Below are positions 1 to 14,915 of a stretch of DNA of 64,000 bases, piece by piece. Under the pieces are notes generated by a model. The model made no database searches. It had not been told where the DNA came from and saw only the letters and a program-made list of their open reading frames with translations. The stretch spans positions 5,022,001 through 5,086,000 of the forward strand of contig CM120649.1 in NCBI GenBank assembly GCA_051362555.1, written 5' to 3'. The DNA comes from Lingula anatina. Lineage: Eukaryota > Animalia > Brachiopoda. The position numbers were made by a program, and so were the translations under genes. Position 1 is the stretch's first letter. Every line of letters starts with the position of its first letter.

Positions 1-256
1 GAAGGGAGGGGGCAATAATTATGTGCTCGTGGAAGAATACGTTCGCATGTGCGTGCACGTGCAAGAATACTTTCGCATTTTGCAACTTTCGTATTTTGCA
101 CCCTCTACCAGGCAGATATTATAGGCAAATTTTCAAAGGCAGAGAATCAACCCCCCCCCCCCCCCCCCCCAACAACACAATCAATAAATATATAAATGCT
201 CAAGAAGTTGTCAAGATTGTTCTATGTTTACTGATGGTGATCTACCGGATACTTAC

Positions 257-3200
257 CCTTGATGCCAGAAGCACTCCTTCCTTCACGTGCGTCTGTCCCT
301 GGTAAAGTCTCTTTAGCCACCTGGAGCTGTAAATCTTCTCGCAGATGAAAATGGTGCACGGGGCGATGAACCACATCCAGAAACGAGAGCCATGAAGGAA
401 AACTAATAACAGCCATGGTGCGTAGAGGAAATGAGTGAAAAAGAAGACCTAAAAACCATATGATAAAATTTTAATATTATTTCACCGTTGCCAAATTGTG
501 TGGACACGTTTACTGATGTACACTGTATGTTCAACATTTGATAAAATATGGGAGATACATTTCTTTTATTTTTTTAATTAAAATTACCATATTGTGATTG
601 AGGTTTAATAATAATACCATAACATTTTGGCCTAAAATACAATTGTACCTGAATAATTAATAAAAAGAGACTTCGATTTAAACATTTTATCTATATTGAA
701 TCTTAATTACCCTGAGTGTCAGAGCAACGTAAAAGCTAGCTTGCTAAATATACCTTGTGGTGGAGTCGCTTTTACTACCTGGTATTGCTACTATGGGTTA
801 TATATGAAATCAAGATCGAGCTGGCAATACCGGAATCTAGAACCTAGGGTAATCTTAATAAACATAATGTTAAAAAATACCTCAAAATGTCCCGAACGTC
901 GAACACAAGGAAGCGCACCAATCACAAGTACGATAAGAATTATCACCAATAGCCAGCCAGTGATACTCGCGGATTGACCAACCCAACCAATCCCTGCCGC
1001 TGTTGTAAAAAGAGCTTCGGCAAGAGTGATGTTCAACGATGGCGAGATCATAGCTGAAAAAATCCATTTGAAATGCACATTGAATGCACGGAGCCATATC
1101 ATGATTGGTGTAAAGATGTGTGTACTAGACACTTTCGGAAACAACCGAATAACATCGAGCATTGGAAATTACTGTAAACTATAATAGCTGTTTGTCCCCT
1201 TATCTAACAATTTTGAAAAACACATAGAGGCAAGTTGGTTTAAAACAGTTTATCTTTCCATTTGTACAAAAAATCTAGATGATTGTCGGTATGTCGGAGT
1301 TAACTGTTAGTAGAAAACAAAGTTGAAAAAAAATCAACATTTGGGGAAGAAACAAGCATTTCTTTGTAATAGGAATACACTTACCGAAATTCCCAATATG
1401 GGCAAACGTATGTATCGTACTCAATATGACGATAACCACCGCCACATATTTGTGATATTTTATATGTTTATCTATGGGCAACCAGTTTCCAATCCACGTG
1501 GCCCTCAGTAAGGTCAAGGTCACTCGAAGCATCAAAGCCACAACGAGCGAACAATTGAAGTTCAGTGCCTGTCCTGAAATTGCAAGCAAGATATCAAGAA
1601 ATAAGAAAAATGGTTAATTTTGCATCGTCTTTATTGATTTGTGTGAGTTACATTCTCTCTCTTTCTCTCAAATTTATTATCCTAGAAATAACTCCAAATT
1701 AATTAATTCGTTTATCATTTGATTTATTCTTTTACCCTGTATCCATTTATTCAATTATCTACAATTAATCAATTGCGTACCGTAAATGATAAAGACATCG
1801 TTTCTATAACGAATGAATAATTACAAATATTAATTGATTAATCAAGCTTACCACAAGCACGTGCCACAATATCAAACCCTGTCACGGGTCCCTGGTTCAC
1901 GTCAAAGAAGTAATACTCCAGAGACCGGTGTGTCAGTATGACGATATTGATGATAAAGTACAAGGTGACGAAGATGATGTCCGGAATGCGGTTCTGAGCG
2001 TATTCACGGTCAAACTGTGGACAACAGGGACAAGGAGGCTGGACATCTGGGACGAAGTCTGAGGAGTCGGACTGCAGCCAGCTGACTGAACTGAGTACAG
2101 AAAATAGAAGAAAAGTGTAAAGCTGAGGGAAATGTTCAATTGAATGGTTTTAGATAAGCGAGATTTCACGGGATTATTTATTTATTTATTTTTGGGGGCG
2201 GAGTCAAAAATAAACAAAATAATCCTCAGGTATTTTCTTCTGGTTGTTTTCTCATAAGCTCTGCAGAATTATAGTCGCACATAGTACGTATTCACCGTGT
2301 TTTGACCGTGTCTAGCGCACGGGGTTTCGTGTAGATGAATCTTACGCAACAACTAAGCTTTTACCGGTATGTTGTCAAATAAATAAATAAATAAATAAAC
2401 AAACAAACAAATGAATAAAATAAATCAAGAAGAAAAAACGTCTCGCTTAATGTAAAATAGGGCCTTAGGCCTAATTGTAATCCAGGCAAGAGACACGTGT
2501 TGGTCTTTAGTCACAACTACTGATATTTCGTCTTAAAGCCTCACCTGACAGTCAAATTTTCAATGACTCCCGGATACGACTTCAGTACATTAGAAAGCTC
2601 TTCGAAGTTGATTCGACCGTCCAAATCCTTGTCTGCTTCGTCTATGATTGAGACGACTAAGTCGTCTATAGTCTCCTCTGAGATAGTTAGTCGACTTTCT
2701 TTGACACAGGACTTTATCACGTTCCTTACAGCGCTAAAGTCCAGATACCCCAAATCTGAAAAATATATTATATTATATTATATGATATTATAGTTGTAAA
2801 CGTATGTCCGGCTGTGATGATCGGTAATAAGATTTGTCGGCCGAAATTACCTCGAAGCACGCCCGAAGTATTTACCTTGTACATCGTATGCCTGGAACAG
2901 TAGTTTCAGTTTCTCCTCATAGGTGCCGTGGTGAAACAAAGACAAGCCCACCACCCACTCGTGGACATTTAGCCCCCCGGTTTTATCTTTGTCTAATATA
3001 TGGAACAGGCGGGCAGCAAAGAAGTCCTGAAATGATAAAGGAAGAAAATACACATATTTTAACTCTTTCCTTATATATTTTTTTTAAAAATCTCGCCCTT
3101 CGTTTTCCGGTGAGGACCACAACCAATCTCGACTCCCCCTCCCCTCCCCCTCCCCACATCCCAGCGGTGCAAGTAACGGATATGTATGTTTGACTCTACT

Positions 3201-6200
3201 TTATTTGTCTGTGACATTGTTTAATGTTGAAAAAAAAAAAAATGAAATAATCTGTACTCCTTAACTCCCTGCATCCTATGCTTACGTCTCTCTGATCATG
3301 AATTAAAATTGAAGATTTAACTTTTTGCTCATTTACTAGTTTATTTTTTATACAGTGACAGTTATCGTGTGATTTTACTCTATATAAGAAATTGAAATAA
3401 AAATATTGTAAAAAAAAGTATCATTATACATTATACAATTCTGCCTTCATTTTTCTTTTTTTTTTTTTTTTTAGTTTTTAAAAATAAATCACAATGACAC
3501 AACAAACAAAAAATCCTTCCCTGAGGTAAAAATTGCCCAATGTTACACAGAAATCGAGACCGACAGAGGAAAAACTCAAAACCACACTACTTCAGCTGCC
3601 ATCATATCAGCCAAGGCAACATGCCAGAAGAAAAGAAAATTGGCAGCATTATTGCCTAGGTTAAGCCAAATCCGTGTACGACGTCAACCAACAAACTGGC
3701 ATATATATGTACATATTTCGTATAAATAAATGAATATTACAAAATTATAAGCTTGTCGAATGTAATAGGAAGGCAATAATGCAGTACAGATTACTTCGAA
3801 TTAATCTCTTGTTTGAAAAGTATTATCTTTACGACATACACTTATTTTAATAAACTTATTTTCATTTAAAACTTTCAGATTCCCGTCTTTCGGCTTCTTG
3901 GTAATACATGTGCATGTTGTGATGTCATCAAATTTTCATGATTTAAAAAAAATGCAAACTGCAAACATCTGATTTCCTTGTGGTGAATATACAACGCGGA
4001 TTTAGATTAATCGAAGCTACAGCGTTGCCAAACCGTTAACTTCGACAGCCAAATTTTTCGGAGGGGAAGGGATGCGTGACAGAGAACAATGACTTTGCTT
4101 ACCACTTAATAAAAGAAATGTAGTTTATGACTTCCTTTTTAAATGCGAATGTATATTAAACTGATAATTGTCTGACACTGCGTAATCACTTGGTTATTAC
4201 TTTTCTTAAAAACAGCCATAATGTTTGTTAAAACTGTAAGCATCTTACTTCCTTTTTAAGGAAATTTGACGCGTCAATTTAGATTGCACGAACAGGGTCT
4301 GTTCCTTAAAGTGTTGTTTGTCTCGAGCTTTTTTCTTACTGGGTTTGAGTTTCTCAAGTGGCAGCATCCTTTCATTTCTCACATCTCGTGTGGTCTAGCA
4401 GTGAATACAGCCAATATAGATCACGAATTAAGGCGACTCCTTTTTTGCCTAGGGACCTGTTTCTTTTCTACTTTCTCCTCTATTTTATTGGCCGACGGCG
4501 TTAATATTGCATTTCCTTTGTACGTTGAAGTCTTATCTCTCCTTCTTACAAGACCCGATATATTCCAGATATTCTTTTCACACATGCCTTGTGGGACCTT
4601 ATTTTGTCCGTATTGTTGTTTGTACATACATTCTTCACACCCGTGCACTGTGTTCAATTTACCCTGGAGAAAATGTGCGTTCATTTCACTCGTGAATAAG
4701 CTTATTTTGTCAATATTATTTTCGGTCACGATTTTTCTTTAAGATATTAATCAGTGCTGTCAAATCACTTTCACCAATGACTTGGGGTGTCGCTTCATCA
4801 ATACCCTTCTTCAACACTGAACAATCACCAGGTGGCAATAAAGTCGAAGCAAACATCATTCTAAAGAAATTTGGCCTTGGGGGCCGAAATGATTCCCATG
4901 AACTTGATCTTGTAATCTTTTTTTTGTGCTTGTCCCATTGATACTTATAATGGCTTAAGATTTTATTAAATTCTATGGCAAACATCCCACCGTATCTTTA
5001 TTGGTGCGTCTAATGCAAGCGGCGAATGGCATCAAGTTGAAAACATGGACAATTTGACAAAGGGCACATAAAGGTGTTACATAAAGGTGAAAATCATTTA
5101 GAAAATTACTATTGTAGTTTTGTCGATTCATCAATATTTATTGGTTTACAAATTGTCCATAATTTCGCAGAATTGTTAAAAATCGGTGGGAATAACGCTG
5201 TTAAACCCATGATGTTTTTCCCAAAGCTATCTAAGAGTACGCACGATCCTTCCTATTGAATCAAACGATCGTACGAATTGCAGTCAAGCCTGAAACATGT
5301 GCGTGTATTCACGTGTTCACATGCACACGCTTGTACGCAAAGGCACACGCGTGTGCATTGATCAACAATTGCTACATGTACATTTAAGAGTGAGCATAAA
5401 CATTTTCTTCGTTGCAAAATTCACATTCAGTCATTTAATTCTGAGCGAAATTTATGTGGAAAGTCTTCACTATTTGAACATGTTTAGTAATAAAACACAA
5501 ACCCCTTATCGTTTCAGTTGATACTTAATATTGACATCATGGGCCGTGCAAATAACGGACCGGCCGAAGAACAGTCCACTCTTTGTATTAAAACAATGGC
5601 TACTTCATATAGGACAATACGATAAATAAATCATGCTATATAAGTCAAGACGGGCTGTGACCCCTCCGCCTGTTTATATTGCATTAGAGAACACCAGGTC
5701 ATCTACCGGTATCATATACTAAAATGTAGGCCTAATGAATCTCTCCCCACAATGGTTACGGCTTGCTCATGTTTTTATTTGTAACATACCGTATTTCATG
5801 GCATGACAAAAAAAAATAAATATAAAAAAAAATAATCGACTGGTTTTCTCTTTATAACGTATATGTATCTTTTTAATGTAATGGCGCCTAGCCTAAATAT
5901 GTTACTCTTCATGGTGCATTTTATTTCAATTTGTTATTTTTAAAATATTTATTTATTTATTTATTTACGTATCTACAGTGTGTCTATCTATCTGTCTCCC
6001 AGTATCTGTCAGTATGTCTTTATTACAATAATTTTCATTCATCATTCATACTATTTTCCGTAGGGGGTAATTGGATAACCGCCATGTCCCCACATAATAT
6101 ATCACAGTAATTATTTTGACAGCCGTGTTACAAAATGAACAAGACCCCGACTACCGCCTGTCAGGGCTATTGGACGGATCCACACCGGCCAATACAAGGT

Positions 6201-6303
6201 GGGAAATAGTCGGAAAAATATTGGGCGAATTCGTTTTATTCGTCTTCTAAACCAAACTGAGCAGGCAGTGATTCAGTTTGACTGAGAATGCATGGGGTTT
6301 TAC

Positions 6304-6373
<70 letters not shown>

Positions 6374-9300
6374 TTGAGAGATAGACAGTCCAAAAGAAAC
6401 AAAGAAAGTATAACGACACCAGCTAACCCTATCCCCCATCTTAATTAGTCCCGTGTAAACGTGATGCGTGAGTGAAGCGAAGACGGACCGGACGTTTGCA
6501 GTTTATTTTCTCATTAGGGCAAAGGTGTGATAGCGTGGTCAGTTAAAACTGAATTCCTTAGATAATATCGGTGATGTCACCCAAATCTGCTTGCTCATAA
6601 ACTAGAACTTGACCCAAAATCATTTTGTCAATCTCTTCGAGTTACTGTACCTGTCACTGACGGAGTTTTTTTTTCCCCCTTAAACTCAAAGACAAAAGTT
6701 CTACCTACCAATCTTGATCTCTCAACTTTCGAACAACTTCCGTAAATGACAGTTCATAATGAGCCTGAATGGAAAATGCGTTACAGTCATGACCATTACA
6801 TAAGTTAACTGACCCTTATCATTTTATATCTTTCTTTCCTCGTATCTTCCTGGGCTAATGCTGACTCAGACGTACTTGGGTGGTAATGATTAATTGCATA
6901 TAAGAAAGAAATTAACGTGTCACCTATTTCTTGAGTCAGAGCTACATGTGCAGTGAAGGCGCCAGGTGCACAACTTAGACTTTCAAAATTAAAGAAAGAA
7001 GAAAAGAAAGATATTGAAGGCGATTTTTTCAACATTTAGCTATTTCCCCCTCTATTTTCTCCGTTTTACTCAAACTGCAAACTTGATGTTAAGACAGGTG
7101 TTTCAATAGGTATGTCCGATGAATAACAAAAAAAGAAATAATACAAATATCGCATACTCGTTGGTCGCCAGGCATGCCTATTATGATATGTCAGGTGTAG
7201 TAAGTTGGGGGGGGGGGGGCGTACACGTGCTCGTGCTCGGCTGATCACATCATGTGAAATAGGCATCACAAGAGATTTGAATTTCCTCAGTGTTTTCAAA
7301 GTAAAGGCGTTTTGTAGTTTTCCATTAAACCATCACTCACACAAGGGCACGCACTTATGCTCGCACGCACGTTGTTCTTCCCCCTCTCCCCCTCTCTCTC
7401 ATTACAAACACACATAAACACACGCTCACACGCAAGCACGTACACACACACACGCACCCTGGGTATCCAAGATTACTCGTCCCTTCCAGGGACACACCAA
7501 TAATAAAGACAAGTGTTCACTAAACCGTGAACCTCCGGGTGCAGGTCACTGTGACCTCGGACACCCTGAAGGACTGTCCGATGTGCACGGCCCACTAGAG
7601 GATAAACTTTATTATCTACACCTCTTAATATTTTTGAAAGGAAACCCTGGTACCATGTGTCGCTTATACAAGTGTGGGAATTGAATACTTTTGAAACCAT
7701 CACGTTATTAGAGAAAGCGAGAGATTACAGCAAATATTATGTGCTGAATCGGTCTTTGTCATTAGGCCGAAAGCTGTAAAATGTACCTTGGTTATAAGGC
7801 ATCGGGATTAACAGACACAAAGAAGATAAAGCGTGTACTAATCCGCCCCCTCTTACATACTCTAAAATAGCTATGAGATGTGGGTGTGTTCTGTCCTAAA
7901 ATGTGCATATATCACAAAAAGGGACGAGCTATGAGTCACCAAACTTTGGTTGATCCTAGGGACGAGATGGAAGGCAAATATAAATGCATTAATAAAGATT
8001 TTTACGAAGGACAGCAAAACTGGGACAAGCCCAATTGAAGGCATCTCGGCTTCTCTAACCACAGAATAATAAATCTGATTACGTTGTAATCATGAAAGAT
8101 GTGATTCGTACATGTTAGATCTCAAGGATATTAGAAGTGTACACCTTAATAAAGAAGCAAATAGCAATTGCAGAAAATATCAAAACTGAAAGTCATCCGT
8201 CTCGTCTTTTTACAGAATATAAACAGCCACATTAAAATCTCTAAATGACTCACGTCAAATTTATTCAAAAGTGCATTAAGTCTTTTTATAGTTCTTAAAG
8301 TCCAAAAGTGCTTTAACGAATTAATAGTAATTAAAAACAAATCTTGTAAATGAAATAAAAATCATGATTCGTGTATTGATGGTTGGTTGGCCAACCTTGA
8401 ACATCTTCCAGTAGGATGTCCGCCGCATGTTTCCTTGTAATAGAGATGTATTTGACACTAATTGTGGGCATTATGGTCATTTTTGGGGTCAAGCGCCAGG
8501 AAATTGCGTCTTTTAGGAGAACACTTCACTTGTTTCGATATAGCGAAAAAAGAGATCGATTCTAACGAAATAACTTATCCTTGTTTTCCTTTAACAAGCC
8601 CCGGCGGGGGACAGCCAGACTGTGTAAACGCGCTCTGATCCATGGGGCAAAAACGCGTACTGTAATTATGACATTGCGTGAACATTCCAATTCAATATAA
8701 TGACGCCAGGTTCCGACAAAATTATATCAAACGAACAAAAGGCAGACGATTTCAACGTGAAGACAGTTGGACGTCACTGGACTTCTTATTTGTTTCCTCC
8801 ATTGTAAGAATAAAACGCGACATTTTCCGAATTTGAGCAGCGAAATTGAAGGGATTCGTGTGCGCGTCGCAGAACGATGAATACTTTTAAAGGAACTGGT
8901 GCGTAAATATTTTTCTTGACGTCTGTTCTTTAGGTCTTTGCTTACCTGAGGATTAAGTTATTGGGCGATTTTTGTACAGCCTCTTACAAGATGTGTTGTG
9001 TAACCTCATTTTGTAATATCTGTCGTGTGATCTGCCTTGTTGTGATGAACGCCCGCTGCAGACGTACAGGTTTATTATTATCATTATTATCATTATTATT
9101 ATTATTATTGTTTTAAATTGCCCAAAAGTTATCCATTGGGGAATTCAAGATTTTCCTCAGGACTGCCTGCAGCACTCTAAAATAAAGCAAGAGTAAGTTC
9201 TTGTCAATTAAAAAAAATGTTATCCGACTTCCCGAATGCAATCGACACCAATATAGGCATTTTTGAGTGCATCGCCTGCCGTTTCGCCTGCCTACTACAA

Positions 9301-11946
9301 CAATAGAGGCGAAATTTCACGCACTGAGCCCACCGCCTCAGTTGCAATCCGACGATGGCAAATACACTCTCAATCCTACACAGAGCTCATATATAGGACA
9401 AGTATTATTAAGTTATTTACATGGGTTTACCTAACAATGAAACTTGAATCAATACGAGTGAAAGGCGTGTACCGGGTTTAAGTATTTGAGTTTACATTGT
9501 TACTGGGCGTATTAAAAGTGCACTGTACCCCAGAGCTTCTAACCCGGTATAACCCCGCGCTATTTCTTTGAGTAAAACGAGCTGCCTCAAATTTAAGCGC
9601 TGGGTTATAGAGTGGTACAGGTAGTAGGCGTTGACAAAAAGTGTTCGGAAAAGAACGCTTCCTACCCCCATTGCGTAGGTTGGCGTCCTTTGATTGACTG
9701 ATTTTCGATCGATTAAACCTAAAAAGGCAGGAAGAACGTTGTCGTGACTGTCCCCTAACTCTCCCAAGGTCATCTCTTTTTGTCAACATCAACGAATTTT
9801 TCCCTGTAGTATTTTGCGTATGGGCAAGTGGGACATTTTTATGCATTTCCCATAATTCTACGTATTTATTAGTTGCTTTCATACGTGTTCACTGATATAC
9901 TCATGCATTCGTCCGTCCTTTCGTCCATCCATCTATTCATGCAAACTGGTACATACATTTCCACTAATTCGTGTATCCATACAATACACCTATCAACCTA
10001 TGCATTTTCTGTTGTTGTTATGCTGGACACAAACATGCTACATTAACATGCATGCTATGACAGAGGGCCCTGGAAAACCCGAATATAACAGCCGTGGGCG
10101 AAGACCCAAGGCATCGTCATGATGATAGTGCAGAATTTTACTCGAATTTACTTTTTGCAACTTTTTGTGCACACACTATCACCATAATCATCAATCTGAC
10201 AATTCTTTATTCCCAATCGTATTTAATCGTGCAGGTAGGTGGGGGGTGGGGGGGGGGGTGGGGGGGGGGGTGGGGGGGGGGGGGGGGTTAAGGGGCTTCG
10301 AACGAACCTCCCTTCTCCCTTTTGCCAGGAAAGGGTCCGCTCTGGGCAAAAATTGATCTAGGTTCAGGAAGGATTTTTGTGAAAAGCCTACCCCCCTTTC
10401 CCTTTGAAATGACGGCTGCGGGCCTGAAATGTAACAGTACATGTCTGATCTATTATTAACTATCAATCCCCCAAACTTTCACAAGGCATTCTCTTCTAAC
10501 AAAGCGGTACTGTTATTGTCTTTCCCTCTGACCGTAGCTCCGTACTGGTTACACTGCCCAGTCTGCGTACTCGTGGGGAATGTTAATGTAGGCCCGTCTC
10601 AATATGTCCTGCAGGTCTAATAAGTATTACATAGCACGCCCTGTTAAAACACAAACTATCACGATCTTGGGCCGCGTCTACAATCTCGTTTGCAAGAATT
10701 ACGCCATCCCTTTTTTGTTTTTATGTTGTGTAGTAAAGTTAACCCTTACTTGGACTACTTCAAACTACCTCATGGGTTCTTGGTTCTCAAAATGCTCATT
10801 AACTTACATGGGTCACCGGACGTGGTCGAGTTTGGATCGTATCGACGTCGAGCCATTTTGGTTACTGTGTAAACGGTCATTTCAGCTCATCTCATCCGTA
10901 TCTGAGACAACTGAATCAAGATCGCTATCAATACAGGTGACGAATTTGGTGTCGTTATAACTAGTAGTTTACTGCGGTTGCTTCCGGGCACTATGTGCCA
11001 CTTTTTCCCCCATTTCAAATAACTGATCTTTCCCCTTTTAATTGCATTTATCAAATATTTGACCATTTCTTCTGCTAAAGCGTGACATGTCTAGTGCATG
11101 CTATACGTATATATGTCATAATTGTGTTATATTGCTATAAGGCCTAAGAAAAAATGTGCTAGATTCAATAATGATTGATTGATTGATTGACTGATATGAA
11201 GAATCGTCTTTTTATTATTATGCATCATATATAAACGTAAACGAGCCTCGACCATACTGTACATAATGGCTGTGCTAAGTTTAGACAGGATTTCCAATCA
11301 AATCTCGCCAATTGTGCCATATAAAATGATATTAGTTCTCAAGAAAGTTGGTCTAACCATGGAAGTACATGATATACTTCCATGCTGTTAATGACCCCTG
11401 GTATAGCTACTTAAACCGTCTTCACGCCCCCCTCCCAATTTTACTCCCCTCTTATCCTATATAGTATTTAATGGAGGGCCACCATATTGAGTGACAACAT
11501 AAAGGGACCACGGATCGTCGTCTACATTTAAGTGACTTATTAATACATTTATAAACTCTGTCCTGCACTGCACCCTACCTTCCCCAACCACCCCTTCCTC
11601 CGAGTATAATTGAAGATCAATATATATTGATCACATATTGAATGGATAACACAATCTGGCCGTATGGATCGTCAGATATAGTACTAGTAGCATTAAATCA
11701 AACTGGGCCGAAAGACCCATTGTTGTGCTGCAGCCCCACCTGACAGTTGTTATACGACTTTTTCAACATCACCCCACAGTTCAAACTCACCTCCTTCAGT
11801 GCAAGCGCCTTCTTGAATCCCTCAAGTGTCACCTCCCCATCTTTGTCAGCCACTAAATCGAACTGTTTCTGTACGTTGATGATCCAGCGACTACTGCTGG
11901 CGCTCATGCTGTTAGGTCGGGACCCTGGTGTGTTTGACTGTGACAT
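257..11946 (-). CDS. NOX5: NOX5-like calcium-regulated NADPH oxidase, 5' part (7 exons; gene continues beyond the left edge)
   Basis: Phase-consistent GT-AG exons on the minus strand: 11946-11791, 3026-2876, 2755-2545, 2090-1852, 1573-1385, 1053-881, 448-257. They encode EF-hand loops (DKDKTGGLNVHE, DKDLDGRINFEE), then LTVSSVSWL, ARACGQALNFNCS, heme histidines (HKYVAVVIVILSTIHTFAH; FFFTHFLY..LHG) and VRRSGHFE, all matching NOX5. The FAD/NADPH domains lie outside the window. Confidence 0.93.
6305..6380. repeat. compound (GT)n(GA)n microsatellite
   Basis: Directly visible dinucleotide runs in NOX5 intron 1. Confidence 0.95.
7460..7720 (-). mobile_element. possible highly decayed non-LTR retrotransposon RT fragment
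   Basis: Minus-strand translation VSKVFNS...GFLSKILRGV...CVPG loosely follows the LINE RT pattern DxSKAFD...GLLxKL..GV...GVPQG. Weak similarity only. Confidence 0.3.
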
Positions 11947-12080
11947 GACTACTGCAGCAAGTTTTTAACTTTCGAGATAGGGTGACAAATTATATTACTG
12001 TGACAATAGTGCGTGTGGAATTTTTCAAGCCTCGTAAGTCACTTCCACTTGCTTTAATAAAAGTATACGTCTTGGTGTGA

Positions 12081-12088
12081 TTTATATA
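12081..12088 (-). promoter_or_regulatory. candidate TATA box of NOX5-like gene
   Basis: TATATAAA on the minus strand about 135 nt upstream of the ATG at 11946. Confidence 0.5.
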
Positions 12089-13160
12089 GAGTAGCAGCGT
12101 TAGTCTTTACTGAAATTTGTTGGTTCAACTTTACGTCGGGTTGTTGTTATTATTAGCCAAGCTAGTGAGCGGACGCTTATTGCATGCGGCAAAGACTACT
12201 GTTTGAGTGCGTTCCAAGTTCCTGTGCGTTTTATCTTTTCCCGACAGGTCCGTGTAGTGAAAAAGCTGCGGTTTACTAAAAACTCCGCCGTGTGCGCGTC
12301 TTGAGCGATGTTAACGCAGTGACTGTCAACACTAACAACACGACGCACTTTTGATTATCCTAGTGAAAGGCGCTGACTCACTGGGGCGAACGTAATTTTG
12401 GAATGGGGAGGAGTTATTGTGTTTTCCAAGCGCAACTCCTGATCATAATAATGTTCTGATATTTCTAGAGAAGTCAACGCTGGGTGCCTTTGCCTTAACC
12501 GAACTCCGACGGTTAGCAAGTGAAATTAAGTGTATAATGTTCTGACTGTTGAGTATTCGGGAATTTGCTCAACGTTACAACTCAGAAAAGATGTATTTCT
12601 GCCACAGTGACATATATCTCTCTAAAAGATTGGACTGAAAAGGTTTCCACATGAATAGACCTAACCCAATTTCCTCTCAAAGCGTTTTATCCGTCTTGAA
12701 CAGCTATCACCACTCGTAGATTCTATATAAGGCAGAGATGAGCGCGAACATTTTCGTCAGTGGCACAAACGATCCTTTTCGAGTATGCTTTAAATAGCTG
12801 AAAATCTCCTAAGCGCTTGTGCTCAAGCAAATGACACAATACGCAAATTACAATACCTGGTCCTATATACCTTGTACAACCTAGACTGGTTTCCGAATTT
12901 TTTTCACTCATTTACTTAAGGCGCAGCTCCGTCAACCTCATCTTCCCTTTGCCCCTGTTATTAGGGGTATAATCTCTTATTCATTTCTTGACGTTATTAC
13001 TTCCGAGGGGGTAAAATTACAAAGCGCCCTCTACGTCACGATACACCTGACACCCCGGAGGAGGGTTTCCACAAGATGGCTAAAAAACCGAAAATAGGTC
13101 CGAAAGTTTAAATCGATCGTTGCAGTCTACTTTGACCTTACGTTAAATCAGTATCATTTA

Positions 13161-13208
<48 letters not shown>

Positions 13209-13778
13209 AAGAAAGAAAATGAAGAAATCTTAAAGAAATGTCCTTATGATACTGCTGATATAACTTTCAATTTTTTCACATGCATAGTTGACACTTTTAT
13301 ATGTATATTTACGTCAACAATTGGACATTTAAACCCGATTAAAGTCAACCAAAATTAATGTCTCTTCTTGTAAAATAAACAATTTTATACCAGGGGATGT
13401 GCTGATCAAGGTACTTAATCCTGAGTTAAGCCCGTGTTAAGCCAACTCGAGTTTCTTCAATAGTTTAAAATTAAAACAATGTGCGTGACGTGTGTTTGCG
13501 CTTATTGTGAGTTCTTAGTGAATCGTGATAGTTGTTAACAATAAAACATTTGAAGATGTGCTGACTCATTGGTAAAGTCGGGTTTTTAAAGGTTAAAATA
13601 ACATCGCCTGGTCCTAGTGCCTAGGAGGCCCTTGACTGCATCACGATCGGCATGCCTCCGCCCTTGTGAGTAGAAATGCTCAACTTTAAATTTTGAATTA
13701 ATATTATGCATGCCTTTAAGTCCTCCTCTTTCTTCTTCTTATCATCATCACCATTATTTTTTCACTTTTTCTTCTTGC

Positions 13779-13779
<1 letters not shown>

Positions 13780-13840
<61 letters not shown>
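13780..13840. repeat. (ATT)n microsatellite
   Basis: Directly visible trinucleotide run. Confidence 0.95.
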
Positions 13841-13842
<2 letters not shown>

Positions 13843-14915
13843 AGTATTAGTGGTAGTCGTATCGTTGTACAACTGTGCCATTAGAAACTACATGTATATG
13901 TGCCATAAATTCATGTACACTGAAAAAGTTCACGACGAACTTATTAAGGTTTATACTGTTGACTTATCCTTCACTTAACACCCTTTTTGCGCCGGTTTCC
14001 ATTTCGAAAAAACTCTAATCCAGTGCTGAATAAACAGCGAATTTTACTTGAGAAGCACGTTCCACTAAAAAGATGTGCTCCTTCTTAATTGATCGGGAAT
14101 GCCTTTTTTTTAGTAAGCTCGTTTTCTAAGTGGCATATTCACTTCCAACAGCACCAAACCAAGCCCATTACTGTCTCTTACTTCAGCGGGTGGTCTAATT
14201 GTTTCATGCCCACATCTATTTAGTTTACTTCCGACAGTTTAATGACGTACAGAGCTGGAATATTATTTTCCATCAATGTAACACAAAACCATCTTCATAC
14301 TTAACAAGTTAGTTCGTCTTCTTCGAAATATATATTTATTATATATATTTTTTTCATTTAAAATTAATTTCTCCTTTTTATTCTGTTTTTCCACATTTTT
14401 TGAGAAAAAAAAAAAAAAAAAAAAAAAAACGTGGATGTATTCGGTCTTGAAAAACAACCGTTCTTGGCTGCCTTAATAATAAGCCCCTGGTGAGAGAATA
14501 TATATGCCTCAAAACTCAACCCATAAAAACTCCGCCTAGCCAAAGTTCTTATTACATGTCCCGGAAAAACTTGACGTTTAATCGTAAGGCTCTTTTATAC
14601 AAATAAAATCATTTTTAGCTTATCTTTGACAGCTGAAGTAAGACACACGACTATTAAGTCGACTTGACTGTTTTTATCTTCGGGCGTTTTAACGTGGTAA
14701 CTAGTGTTATTTGGCTTAGAGTGAAACAGGAACTTGTTTAACAGTGCGGTAGGTGGGACGAGATGATTGTGTTAACTGGGTGAGACAGCCCACTGGAAAA
14801 AAAAAGCGCAAGTCCCGTATGAGACTCATAAAATACTTTGTAAAGAAGCAGACCGACTCAAAATAATAAAAGAAATTGGTAAATATATGAACAGATGTAA
14901 TAAGAAGAGGTTTTT

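Noticed and set aside
9263-9882. ORFs of 72-134 aa in NOX5 intron 1
   Set aside because: No domain similarity, no supporting splice structure, and overlapping frames typical of chance ORFs.
10236-10290. G-rich run as a functional G-quadruplex or Gly/Pro-rich protein
   Set aside because: Similar G/C homopolymer runs occur many times in the window, mostly within repeat relics, and their lengths are error-prone.
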